From contig CAVQMO010000003.1 in assembly GCA_963713605.1 (NCBI GenBank), positions 384,001-448,000 on the forward strand: 64,000 bases of DNA. The letters run 5' to 3'. The first letter of the stretch is position 1, and every line of letters begins with the position of its first letter. A model generated the notes under the pieces. The model worked only from the letters and a program-made list of their open reading frames with translations, searched no databases and had not been told where the DNA came from. Below, one piece after another: positions 9,171 through 19,589 of the stretch. A program made the position numbers and the translations under genes. This stretch comes from an uncultured Nitrososphaerales archaeon. GTDB taxonomy: Archaea > Thermoproteota > Nitrososphaeria > Nitrososphaerales > Nitrososphaeraceae.

Positions 9171-10436
9171 TTACGCTGCTATCCCTGATCCTATTAATCT
9201 CCATCTATCAGATATCCTTCTGCTGATAGCTACTCGGCTATTTGGTAACAAACAGATTGGCTTCTTCAATTTAATCTCAATTTTTGTGGAGTCTTTAACA
9301 TTTGTAACTGTCCCTAATGTAGCGGCCGTTCCTATGTTCAATCGAAGAGGTTCTTTGATTCGAATAGGATCTACTCTTACCAGTTCTTGAGTTCCAACTG
9401 CAGTATCAAAAAGATAAACTTCGATACTCATGCTATCTACGTCATCAGGCAGAGAGGATGGCTTTCCTACTACAGAACCAATGAGTGAATCGCTCTTTAT
9501 GAAGGTAGGATCTAATCTTGTTCCAATTGCAACTAGACCACCGGGTCTAACGGATTCAACTAAACCTGCACCTGTTCCTAATGTTGAGATGGCAGAAGTG
9601 ATAGGCTCATATCTACTCTTCTTCTCATCGAAGAACCCGGGCCTAATCTCGATCTCATCTCCAATCGAAAATTCCCCTTGAACTAGAGCTCCTCCTATTA
9701 CACCGCCTTTGACCCTCTGGACTTGAATACCAGGCTTGTTCACGTCAAAAGATCGTAATACATGCATTATGGGTTTAGCAGTTTTGTTTCGAATCGGATT
9801 CTTCAGTTTGCTTTCTATGGCTTCAATGAGAGCATCTACGTTTACCCCGTGTTGAGCTGATACAGGAACGATAGGAGCCTCCTCTGCAGTGCTACCACTG
9901 ACAAAGGATTTGATCTCATCGTAATTCTCTAAAGCGCTCTCATATTCAATCAAATCTACTTTGTTCTGAACGATCACTATTTGCTTTATCCCCAATACTT
10001 GCAATGCCAAGAGGTGTTCTCTGGTTTGTGGTTGAGGAACTTTTTCATTTGCTGCGATAACAAGTATTGCCCCATCCATCAAAGCTGAGCCCGAGAGCAT
10101 ATTCGCCATCAAACTTTCATGACCAGGTGAATCTACAAAACTGACTACGCGTAATAACTCTCCTGGTTTGCTACAATTCACACATGTTGGACTAGAGGAA
10201 TAGCACCCTGGGGCCGAACAATCGGGGCACTTATAAAAGGCTGCATCTGCATACCCAACTTTGATAGTGATACCCCTCCTTAATTCCTCACTATGGGCAC
10301 TAGTCCATACACCTGTAATTGCTTCAACTAATGTAGTTTTACCATGATCGACATGGCCTGACGTTCCAATATTGATATTGGGTTGGTAACCATATTCTTT
10401 AACATACCAGTCAGGCAGATTCTCTTTCCAATGCAA
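9171..10436 (-). CDS. eif2g: Translation initiation factor aIF2 gamma subunit (probable TTG start at 10436)
   Basis: NIGTSGHVDHGKT, RGITIKVGYAD, DSPGHE, QNKVD and RWRLIGSG. Confidence 0.97.
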   Translation of the reverse strand: MHWKENLPDWYVKEYGYQPNINIGTSGHVDHGKTTLVEAITGVWTSAHSEELRRGITIKVGYADAAFYKCPDCSAPGCYSSSPTCVNCSKPGELLRVVSFVDSPGHESLMANMLSGSALMDGAILVIAANEKVPQPQTREHLLALQVLGIKQIVIVQNKVDLIEYESALENYDEIKSFVSGSTAEEAPIVPVSAQHGVNVDALIEAIESKLKNPIRNKTAKPIMHVLRSFDVNKPGIQVQRVKGGVIGGALVQGEFSIGDEIEIRPGFFDEKKSRYEPITSAISTLGTGAGLVESVRPGGLVAIGTRLDPTFIKSDSLIGSVVGKPSSLPDDVDSMSIEVYLFDTAVGTQELVRVDPIRIKEPLRLNIGTAATLGTVTNVKDSTKIEIKLKKPICLLPNSRVAISRRISDRWRLIGSGIAA

Positions 10437-10666
10437 TGATCTTCGTGAATTCACTGGGAATATTAAGGTAATCACAGGCTATTTTGATTAAAAGAAGAGA
10501 CCTTTGACCTAATTTCGGATCCTTAAAGGTTCAAATAAAAAACATCTTTTCAACCTATCGGCTTATCGAGTTTCTAAATAACGTATTTGCATATAACGAT
10601 TTGATGCGCGACTTGTAAATTTACAAGATATATTTTGATGCCGACCTAAATCAAATGTCTAGGGTA

Positions 10667-11062
10667 TCAAGGTTTGGATTCTTCTTCTACAGACTGTTCA
10701 GTTGCAGATTTTTCAGGTAACTTTCCCTCAAGTAGTTTACAGTTCAGCTGATATATTTCCTCAGTAACCATATTGCCTCTAATTAGCTTTCTAATCCTAG
10801 CGCCAGGATTACGGTTACGCATCCCTACTCCTCTAGCAAGCAAGATATACTTTTTTACCCCTCCATGAAGATCTGGCCTCATAGGTGTACCTGATTTGTC
10901 ACTGCCGCCAGTTATCTGCATTTTACCATTAATGCCAACAACATTTGAGTCGATGACATCACCTATTTTTAACCCAAGGAGGGGATTTGCTACTTTGTCC
11001 TTTAATTCTTGACTAACACTTTTTCCAGTACTATCTGAGATGACAACCTTGAATTGCGCCAA
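10667..11062 (-). CDS. rps6e: 30S ribosomal protein S6e
   Basis: FKVVISD, ITGGSDKSGTPMRPD, RKLIRGN. Confidence 0.97.
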   Translation of the reverse strand: MAQFKVVISDSTGKSVSQELKDKVANPLLGLKIGDVIDSNVVGINGKMQITGGSDKSGTPMRPDLHGGVKKYILLARGVGMRNRNPGARIRKLIRGNMVTEEIYQLNCKLLEGKLPEKSATEQSVEEESKP

Positions 11063-11211
11063 TACACTACTACTCTGATCATCCGAGCAGTTGGGGCTTT
11101 AATTAACTTTTGGATGGTTTCTGCATGCATTCTTGGTAATACGACCCTCGCTTATCAAAGACTTTTGGTTAGCTCCATCAAGTTCAGGTTTAGTATGCAA
11201 TTATTCGGTGT

Positions 11212-11406
11212 CTAGAATCCACTCTTGTTCAAATTAGCCTGATAATCATCGGAGATATTCTGAGCTATCCCTTTCATGGTCTCCAAGTACGAATCGTATG
11301 AAGAACTGAACCCACAATGGCCACAGCCAACCTTTGTCATATCTTCATTGACTATTGCTTCATTTCCACACTTCGGACACTTTGCTTTCAACAAAGTCAC
11401 ATACAT
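11212..11406 (-). CDS. Small zinc-ribbon protein
   Basis: CPKC...CGHC in 64 aa. Confidence 0.7.
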   Translation of the reverse strand: MYVTLLKAKCPKCGNEAIVNEDMTKVGCGHCGFSSSYDSYLETMKGIAQNISDDYQANLNKSGF

Positions 11407-11601
11407 ATCCGCATTTCAAACTGTATTAACTTTTGGTTTCCAGTTCATGTATCAAACAATTGACATACCATATTATTATTTTCTTAAAAATGATTTAAAT
11501 GAGTCGTTCTCCCAAATTTAGAATGAGCTTGGATGCCAGTATTTTGACGTGTTATTATTTCGATGGCTTGATTTTACGAAATCAATAATAATAAAGTAAT
11601 A

Positions 11602-12858
11602 ATGTCGACGGAGTTGATACCCTTAATTAGGTCTTCTCGCAGATCTAACTCTAAAATGATTCCCATAAACAGACCTTGGCTTAGTGATGAGGAAAAAAAG
11701 GAAATATTAATGGTGCTAGACGAAGGAATTCTTACGTCTGCTGCATTGGAAGGAGGGAAGAGAGTACAGGAATTTGAGTCTCTTCTTAGACGCTATTTAA
11801 GCATTAAGCATGTGATTGCAGTGAACTCTGGAACTTCTGCCCTAATAGCTGCGTTATTAGCATTAGGATTGAAAGAAGGCGACGAAGTACTTTTACCTTC
11901 ATTTACTTTTGTAGCATCAGCTAATTCTGTAGTCGCTGCGGGAGGTTCACCAGTATTCGTCGAAATAAACAAGTCTGACTATACTATCGACATTAGGGAT
12001 CTTGCTACGAAGATTACGAAAAGAACTAGAGCTATTATGCCTGTTCACCTTTACGGCCATCCGGCGGATTTGGATGAAATATTTGAGTTAGCAAGAAGTA
12101 ATTCTCTCGAAATAATAGAAGACGCGTGCCAATCATTGGGTTCTGAATATAGGGAGAAACAAACTGGAACGTTCGGTTCAATGGGTTGTTTTAGTATGTA
12201 TGCCAGCAAAGTACTCACATCGGGAGAGGGTGGTGCAATAGCAACCAATGATGATCTTTTGGCTGATCGATTAAGAATGATACGCAATCATGGGATGGTA
12301 GAAGGTTATGACACTAGAGTATTTGGTCTCAATTTACGACTTCCTGAAATAAGCGCTGCGATAGCAAAGGGCCAAATGAAAAAACTTAACGATATGCTAG
12401 AAAAAAGAAGAAACAATGCAAAACTGTTAACCGACTTGCTTACACATTCTGATGTTGATGGATTCACAACGCCAACCGAACCAGAAGATGGTCACAAGAA
12501 ATTTAATTGGTATCTTTATACGGTTGCACTGGGCAGTCGGATGACGGATGACAAGATTAACACGACAGATCTTCCAGACCATGTTGGTCACCGAGATCAA
12601 ATAAAGGAAGAGATGACAAACACTGCTAAGATCGGGGTAGCCGTATATTACGATCCTCCTGTTCATTTGACTCCGTACTACAGAGAACTTGTACGATCCA
12701 GACTCTCAAATCAGATCCGAGAAATGCCTAATAATCTGAAGACTACAGAATGGGCAAGCAAACACGTGCTTTCCCTACCTGTGCACCCGCTTCTTTCTGC
12801 ACAAGATATTGAACACATAGCAAATAGCTTCAAATCAGCCAAACAAAATACAAAATAA
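11602..12858 (+). CDS. DegT/DnrJ/EryC1/StrS family PLP-dependent aminotransferase
   Basis: NSGTSAL, PVHLYG, IEDACQS, FSMYASKVLTSGEGG, LSLPVHP. Confidence 0.93.
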   Translation: MSTELIPLIRSSRRSNSKMIPINRPWLSDEEKKEILMVLDEGILTSAALEGGKRVQEFESLLRRYLSIKHVIAVNSGTSALIAALLALGLKEGDEVLLPSFTFVASANSVVAAGGSPVFVEINKSDYTIDIRDLATKITKRTRAIMPVHLYGHPADLDEIFELARSNSLEIIEDACQSLGSEYREKQTGTFGSMGCFSMYASKVLTSGEGGAIATNDDLLADRLRMIRNHGMVEGYDTRVFGLNLRLPEISAAIAKGQMKKLNDMLEKRRNNAKLLTDLLTHSDVDGFTTPTEPEDGHKKFNWYLYTVALGSRMTDDKINTTDLPDHVGHRDQIKEEMTNTAKIGVAVYYDPPVHLTPYYRELVRSRLSNQIREMPNNLKTTEWASKHVLSLPVHPLLSAQDIEHIANSFKSAKQNTK

Positions 12859-12914
12859 TGAAATTGTCAACTGTAGTCCATAAGTCTTAATACCGCAACA
12901 TTCTATCCGCTGTA

Positions 12915-14093
12915 TTGCGACTTGTCATCTATACTGGTAAAGGCGGGACTGGAAAAACAGTAAGTGCTTGTTCAACTGCGTTAAAGTTGTCTGGTCTGAA
13001 ATCCAGAACACTTCTTGTTTCCGCCGACCCAGCTCATACATTGGGTGATGCATTGATGCAAGGCGAAATAGGAGGAGCACCTACAAGAATTTCCGCTGAC
13101 TTGTACGCTGCCCAAGTGGATCCAGTTGCAGAGATGGATTCACATTTCAAGACAATATTTTCTTACTTTGCTTCTTATTTTCAGGCCAAAGGCATTGATG
13201 ATACTATTTCGTATGAGTTGGCCATGTTACCTGGAATGACGCAATTACTCTGCCTGCTGAAAATCGAAGAGGCCGTAAGATCCGGAGATTATGATGTGAT
13301 AATTCTTGACATGCCCGCATCAGGTGAGGCCTTGCGATTCTTATATTTTCCAAAACTTGTAGGAAGCCTAAGCATGAGGCTCTCAGGCCTTGGAGGTCTT
13401 GTCAGTGGCTTCGGCCGACTACTTCAGCCTTACTTTTCAGGCCCCGCTCTCTCAAGTGACTTGATAAAGATTGAAGGAGACTTGCTTCGTAAATTGGAAG
13501 AACTTTCAAAGTTAATTTTTGACCCAAACGTAACTAGTCTCAGGTTAGTAGCCAACGCTGACAGCTTTAGCATGGAAAATGCAAAAAGGACCTTAATGTC
13601 AGCTAATTTGTACGGTATTAATGTAGACATGATTATTATCAACAAGATCATACCTCAGATACATAGTGAGGATAGTTTTTTGGCCAATTGGGGGGAACTT
13701 CAGCATGCTAGAGTGACAGAAGTTAGATCTAACTTTTATCCATTGCCAGTTAAGGAGGTCCCTCTTTACAATGAAGAATTAAAAGGGATAGAGATGCTTA
13801 AGCAAAACGCTGAGATCCTCTTTGGGGACCAAGATCCAAGTCAAATTTTTTATCGTGAAAGGGTTTTTGAATTTAAAAGTGATAGTTCTGGCCTCACTTT
13901 GAAACTAAAGGTTCCTTTTACGAAGAACGCAGACTTTTTGGTTGAACACATCTCAGACCGGATTACTATCAAAGTAGCTACTAACATAGGTTATGTTGTA
14001 AATGTTATTCCGTTGCCTGCTATTACATTAGGAATGAAACTCAAAGCTGCCCGGTTTAGTGATAAGGAATTAGAAATTTCGTTCGAGTATTAG
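12915..14093 (+). CDS. ArsA/Get3 family ATPase with C-terminal alpha-crystallin/HSP20-like domain
   Basis: GKGGTGKT, SADPAH, PGM..L, LDMPASG; beta-rich C-terminal extension ending KELEISFEY. Confidence 0.88.
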   Translation: MRLVIYTGKGGTGKTVSACSTALKLSGLKSRTLLVSADPAHTLGDALMQGEIGGAPTRISADLYAAQVDPVAEMDSHFKTIFSYFASYFQAKGIDDTISYELAMLPGMTQLLCLLKIEEAVRSGDYDVIILDMPASGEALRFLYFPKLVGSLSMRLSGLGGLVSGFGRLLQPYFSGPALSSDLIKIEGDLLRKLEELSKLIFDPNVTSLRLVANADSFSMENAKRTLMSANLYGINVDMIIINKIIPQIHSEDSFLANWGELQHARVTEVRSNFYPLPVKEVPLYNEELKGIEMLKQNAEILFGDQDPSQIFYRERVFEFKSDSSGLTLKLKVPFTKNADFLVEHISDRITIKVATNIGYVVNVIPLPAITLGMKLKAARFSDKELEISFEY

Positions 14094-14220
14094 AAATTCA
14101 CCATCTACATGAATTAAATTAGAATAAGTTTCAAAACTGTGTATTCTTATGTCTAAATCTCCAATACGAATCCTTCATTACCTATAGATACTACATGCGC
14201 TAAGCTTTTCGTAATAATCT

Positions 14221-14727
14221 ATGAACAGGGTCTTATCAATTCTAATGGCAATAACTATATGCACCATGTATTTGGTCGGTACGGTCAGCCTTTTTGATCT
14301 TGTTCCTGCTAAAGCTCAGGATTCAGGCACTAACCATTTAACTATAGAAAATCTACCCGTAATAAACCAAGATACATCATCACCACAACAAGCTAGCAAT
14401 GACAAGATTTCATTCAGGATTAAAGGCATAGACTACTCTACCAAAATTGCTCAGATATTAGTTACTATCGATGGTAAAACTTATGCTAACACCTTGGATC
14501 CGATATCCTTGTTGGACCCCCATGACGACGGTAATGGAGTGATACAGTTTAGTATGCTGGTTCCTAAAGATGCTATAACGCCAGGAAGCACATACACGGC
14601 ATGCATAAAGATCTTAGAGGACACGGATAGCTTTGGCAATAATTTGGCTTGTCAGTCTGGCTCAACAGATGAAATACACTCTTTATCAGGAGAAAAACAA
14701 AACCAACGGGTCAATCTATATCTATAG
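14221..14727 (+). CDS. Secreted hypothetical protein
   Basis: Signal peptide ending AKA; beta-rich domain with a Cys pair. Confidence 0.65.
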   Translation: MNRVLSILMAITICTMYLVGTVSLFDLVPAKAQDSGTNHLTIENLPVINQDTSSPQQASNDKISFRIKGIDYSTKIAQILVTIDGKTYANTLDPISLLDPHDDGNGVIQFSMLVPKDAITPGSTYTACIKILEDTDSFGNNLACQSGSTDEIHSLSGEKQNQRVNLYL

Positions 14728-15122
14728 ATTAACCCGTACGCGTTGCCTTACGCCTTTGATTCACAACACTGCTTTATTCGGTACGCAGTGTAACTAAGCT
14801 TTGTGTTAGCTGTATGGGACACCGACGATTTAACGATGTCGATTATGCTTTTTAAGATCGTTCTGTCTAGCAATACCATTGGAAAATAGCGATCAAATTA
14901 CCCTTGCAACACTGACACACAGATGAGTCTACAACCGGGCGCTGCCCGATTAATAAAATACTCAAGAAAGTATCAACAATTAAGCTAACTCTTACCCCAG
15001 CTTTTGATGATCTTCTCGCAAGTTTATCGACGTACTGCTGCTCTATGTTTCACTTTTATATCGATATTATTAAAGCAAATATATTTATTATTGTTTAGAA
15101 ACTTAATAATTATTAATACTAG

Positions 15123-15506
15123 ATGACAATTGTTAGTATATCCCTAAATGATGAAATTCTGAATGAAATGGATAAATTACAAAAATCACTCGGATTTAGT
15201 GGACGATCAGAAATAGTCAGAGCAGGCATCAGGGGTATGATATCTGAAGAAAGATCACGGCAGGATCTGGTGGGATACATCCATGCAATACTTTTGGTTA
15301 TTCATAATGAGGCTTCTGACGACGAAATAAGTAATCTAAGACACGCCTATGATGAACTAATAGCAACTCATCTGCATAGTAAAATTGACAGGGATAGATG
15401 TCTGGAGATATTTTTGTTAAGAGGTGATGCAAAACCTATGAGAGATATGACAAAAAAATTTCAGGCTAATAAAAGGATGGATAACGTTCAATTGATAGCA
15501 ATGTAG
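15123..15506 (+). CDS. NikR-family (ribbon-helix-helix + ACT) metal-responsive regulator
   Basis: IVSISL, GFSGRSEIVR, and H-x-H...C (THLHSKIDRDRCLE) metal ligands. Confidence 0.88.
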   Translation: MTIVSISLNDEILNEMDKLQKSLGFSGRSEIVRAGIRGMISEERSRQDLVGYIHAILLVIHNEASDDEISNLRHAYDELIATHLHSKIDRDRCLEIFLLRGDAKPMRDMTKKFQANKRMDNVQLIAM

Positions 15507-15923
15507 ATAAAGGAAATCTCTTTTCAAAGAGACCTCGATCGGGTAACGAGTGATCGGATATCTTGACCGAGTGTGTTCCGGTGTATGATATCTGTTAGCA
15601 ATTAATCTTGTTATCTGTTAGGATAAGGCATTTAGCAGTAAAGGTAGGAGAGGATTTTGCAGGTATTACTATCAGCAGGAGACGGCGATGACTCACTCAT
15701 GAGAGGGGAAGCTCATTCCCTTATTCCGAAACCTCGGCCAAAAATAAATTCGCGGTTATATTTACAATCAAAGGTTCTTCTCGCTAGTTATTTAACATGA
15801 CAATTACAAATTGTAACTATCAATCAAACACATTTTTTGTCAATGCCAGTTAATAATAGTATTTAATAGAGAAGGTTAAAATTATTAATAACACTTATAT
15901 TATTATTAGCGACATTTTGATCT

Positions 15924-16889
15924 GTGGCAATCTATTATTGCATTATCCTTATCGAAGTTTTCTTTTTTATTGTACTGGGCTGTTTAGTAATACACGCTTC
16001 TGGGAATGCCGTGGCCCAGGAAGACAATATCTCTAAAACTCTGGCCATTTCCAGTTCCAATTTATCTGAACCGATAACTCAACAATCACCAAAAGTAACT
16101 GTGGTTGCCTCATTCTTCCCCATTTATGAATTTGCGAAGCATGTAGGAGGGGACAGGGTAAACATAATAACTCTTATTCCAGCCGGTGTAGAGCCCCACG
16201 ACTATGAGCCCACAATCCAACAGCTACAAGAGGCAGAAAATGCAGATGTAGTATTCTTTAATGGTCTTGGCTTTGAGGATTCCTGGATAGACAGGGTCAA
16301 CAATGATAATTTGGTTGACACAAGTGTTCTCTCTAATTTGTCTCAAGGCAATCAAATAAGAAATCCACATATTTGGCTGGATCCCGTCTTTGCAAAGACT
16401 CAAGTACAGCAGATCAAAAATGCATTAACAGAAATTGATCCTAATAACAAACTATACTACCAGAACAATGCGATGAATTTTACTTCTAAGCTAGATTCAT
16501 TGGATTCTGAAATAAGAACTGCACTTCCGACCTGTAATAAGAAGGATTTTATTGCATTTCATGACGCATTTGGCTACTTTGCTAAAAGGTATGGTCTAAT
16601 TCAACATAGTGTCCAAGGAGTATCACCGGAAGGAGAAATTCTACCTCAGCGAATCGAGGAAACTATAAGACTGGCCAATGATCTTGGGCTGAATGTTATT
16701 TATGCAGAGGAATTGGTAGACCCTAGATTTGCTGAAGTGATTGCACAGGAGATCCCTAATGGCAAGGTACTGGTACTGAGCCCTTTGGAAGGAATTGAGA
16801 AAGACGAAGAGGACTCAGGAATAGGATACCTTGACAAGATGGAGCAAAATATTTCCAATTTGAAAGTAGGTTTGGAATGCTTAACATAA
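15924..16889 (+). CDS. znuA: Zn/Mn ABC transporter substrate-binding protein (ZnuA-like)
   Basis: EPHDYEPT, NPHIWLDP, HDAFGYF. Confidence 0.92.
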   Translation: MAIYYCIILIEVFFFIVLGCLVIHASGNAVAQEDNISKTLAISSSNLSEPITQQSPKVTVVASFFPIYEFAKHVGGDRVNIITLIPAGVEPHDYEPTIQQLQEAENADVVFFNGLGFEDSWIDRVNNDNLVDTSVLSNLSQGNQIRNPHIWLDPVFAKTQVQQIKNALTEIDPNNKLYYQNNAMNFTSKLDSLDSEIRTALPTCNKKDFIAFHDAFGYFAKRYGLIQHSVQGVSPEGEILPQRIEETIRLANDLGLNVIYAEELVDPRFAEVIAQEIPNGKVLVLSPLEGIEKDEEDSGIGYLDKMEQNISNLKVGLECLT

Positions 16890-17692
16890 CTTCAGCTAGC
16901 GCTAATCCAATAGTGGAAATTGACCACTTATCTTATTGGTACGATTCTTCATCTCTCACCTTAGATGATATTTCATTTAGAATGGAACAAGCAGACCTGC
17001 TGGGGATAATAGGTCCTAATGGCGCAGGGAAAACCACTCTTTTTAATTGCATTCTCGGAATTCTGCCTGACTATAGGGGTACTGTTAGACTTTTTGGAAA
17101 GGAGAGGTTGAAAAATAGAAAAACATTGTTAAGCAAAGTAGGATACGTGCCTCAGCATACATCAATTGAACAAAGCTTTCCTGCAAACATAGAGGAGATT
17201 ATTTCATTTGGATTGCTAGGATCCATCGAGAAGTACAGTCGAAGTTATGCAAAGGACCAAGTTCTTAAAGCAATGCAGATAGTGGGATTAACTGATAAGA
17301 AGAATAAAAGATTCAATGAGCTATCCGGCGGACAACAACAAAGAGTCCTAATCGCTAAGGCCCTGGTACATAATCCTAAGCTACTAATATTAGATGAGCC
17401 CACAAGCGGCATAGACCAAGAAACACAAGATAGATTTTATGAACTAATTCGGAATCTCAATGCAGAAGAAAAAATATCCATCATATTGTCTTCGCATGAT
17501 CTAGATGCTGTAAGTAAGCTTGCCAATAAGGTTGCGTGCATCAACAGAAAAATGCATTTTCATGGAGATGCGAAAGATTTCTTTGGTGATGAAAACATGC
17601 TTAAGACTTATTATGAATCTTCGATGCAGGCACATTTGAGGCTTCATAAATTCAACGCCAAATCCAATCCTCAGCAGCTTCCATCTGCCTAA
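16877..17692 (+). CDS. znuC: Zn/Mn ABC transporter ATPase (ZnuC-like)
   Basis: GPNGAGKTT, GYVPQ, LSGGQQQR, LDEP, SHDL. Confidence 0.92.
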   Translation: MLNITSASANPIVEIDHLSYWYDSSSLTLDDISFRMEQADLLGIIGPNGAGKTTLFNCILGILPDYRGTVRLFGKERLKNRKTLLSKVGYVPQHTSIEQSFPANIEEIISFGLLGSIEKYSRSYAKDQVLKAMQIVGLTDKKNKRFNELSGGQQQRVLIAKALVHNPKLLILDEPTSGIDQETQDRFYELIRNLNAEEKISIILSSHDLDAVSKLANKVACINRKMHFHGDAKDFFGDENMLKTYYESSMQAHLRLHKFNAKSNPQQLPSA

Positions 17693-17720
17693 AAAGAGGG
17701 GGTATGATGAGCTGACCATT

Positions 17721-18572
17721 TTGGAAATTTTAGAGTTTGGATTTATGCAGCGTGCATTAATCTCTGGCATTGCAGTTGCTGCTATATGTTCCGCAATTGG
17801 CCTATTTCTAGTGCTTAGAAAACATTCACTATTCGGCGATGCGATGTCTCATGTTGCCTTTGGCGGGTTGTCTATAGGACTATTCATTAATTTATATCCA
17901 ATATGGACGGCGTACGCCTTTACTTTAATTGCTGCATTAGGAATTACAAAAATGACAGATTCTATCAAGATCCCGCCTGATTCGTCGGTCGCAATTCTGC
18001 TTTCATCGGGACTAGCTGTTGGAATAGTTCTGATAAGTCTGTCCGGGGGATTCTCTCTAGACCTTTTCAGTTTCTTGTTTGGAAGCATCCTGCTAATAAG
18101 TACTCAGGATACTATTACCATTGTATCTCTCAGTATTGCGATTCTTTCAATTATAGTAATAATGTATAGGCGATTGATGTACATTACTTTTGACGAGAAA
18201 CAAGCTGGAGTAAGTGGAATTAATGTGAAATTAGCTAACTACGTCTTTATCGTGCTCGCAGCAATAACTGTAGTCACATCTATTAGACTAGTAGGAGTCC
18301 TCTTGATATCTGCACTGATTGTCCTACCAAATATAACTGCAATATTATTTGGTAGGGGTTTTAAGAAGACTGCCATGATTTCAATAGGTATTGCTATTGC
18401 GTCAGTTGTGTGGGGAATTGTCATATCTTATTTAGCTAATGTTGCTCCTGCAGGTGCTATAGTTCTTACCAGTGTGGCTATATTTCTGGGTACTATCGTT
18501 ACGCGCGAAATTAGGAAATCCGTACTGGCGGGAAAGATTACAGAGCCAAACGTGCACAAGGGATCTCAGTAA
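17721..18572 (+). CDS. znuB: Zn/Mn ABC transporter permease (ZnuB-like)
   Basis: FMQRAL, GDAMSHVAFGG, LFGSIL, VGVLLISAL; multiple TM helices. Confidence 0.92.
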   Translation: MEILEFGFMQRALISGIAVAAICSAIGLFLVLRKHSLFGDAMSHVAFGGLSIGLFINLYPIWTAYAFTLIAALGITKMTDSIKIPPDSSVAILLSSGLAVGIVLISLSGGFSLDLFSFLFGSILLISTQDTITIVSLSIAILSIIVIMYRRLMYITFDEKQAGVSGINVKLANYVFIVLAAITVVTSIRLVGVLLISALIVLPNITAILFGRGFKKTAMISIGIAIASVVWGIVISYLANVAPAGAIVLTSVAIFLGTIVTREIRKSVLAGKITEPNVHKGSQ

Positions 18573-18845
18573 GGATAAACATATTGTCCAATCAATCTCA
18601 TACAGATCTTCAATTGGTCATTTTAAACTGCATGTTAGAAGACTTTACCCCTCGAACTTAATCGCGGGATGTTTACGGATAAAACAGGTCACGAGCAATA
18701 GTTTTGCTTTCAATGTATGCCCCAAAAAACTTAACGAAAAAGGATGACTTTTCGAGTCACGCGCTACTTCAAATCAGAAACTTAGATCATACTGAAATCT
18801 TGTGAGTCCTCGAATTATCTGTACTGGTACACCCACTTTGGAGGT

Positions 18846-19178
18846 TCAATCTGCAAGCATGTGATGGAAACAAGAGCGCTGCCCTGTATGACAGGCAGGA
18901 CGGTCAGACTCAACGATATATAACACTGCATCTAGATCACAATCCATACGTATTTCTTTGACTGGTTGTATGTTCCCAGATTCTTCACCCTTCATCCAAA
19001 GCTTGCCCTTCGATGTGCTCCAAAACCAGGCGTTTCCAGTCATATTTGTTTTTCTCAGTGCTTCTTGATTGACGTAAGCCAACATGAGCACTTCCTTGGT
19101 CTTGAGATCCTGTACTACGACAGGAATTATTCCATTCCTTTTTTTGAAGTTAATAGACTTCAATGATCTGCTTTCCAT
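18846..19178 (-). CDS. hisI: Phosphoribosyl-AMP cyclohydrolase
   Basis: LWMKGEESG, DCDLDA, ACHTGQRSCF. Confidence 0.95.
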   Translation of the reverse strand: MESRSLKSINFKKRNGIIPVVVQDLKTKEVLMLAYVNQEALRKTNMTGNAWFWSTSKGKLWMKGEESGNIQPVKEIRMDCDLDAVLYIVESDRPACHTGQRSCFHHMLAD

Positions 19179-19589
19179 GCTTTGATAATTCCTAAACTGA
19201 ATTTGAATTACTGCTAATAAATAACTAACTTGCTATATTTGTGAACACGCTTTAAGAAGTCTGAATAATTGATCAATCGAAAGCAATAAAGTAATTATCG
19301 TTAAAGGAGGTGCAATCCGTCTTCAAATCATATGCAAGCGGGGATGTCAACGAGGGTAGAGTTGAAATCATGACACCTAAGCAAGATTCGTAGTTCATTC
19401 AATGAATCCCTGTTAACTTAATGGATATTATTATCAAATGTGAAAAATGGTATAACACTTATTATATTGTCAAAGGTATTTTATTAATTAAAATTTATGA
19501 ATAGTGTTTAACCTGGGAGTGTCTCTCCGAATCGAACGAATCCGCATAGAGTTTAAATAAGATGTATCTCGAATAATTGCAGATAAAGT

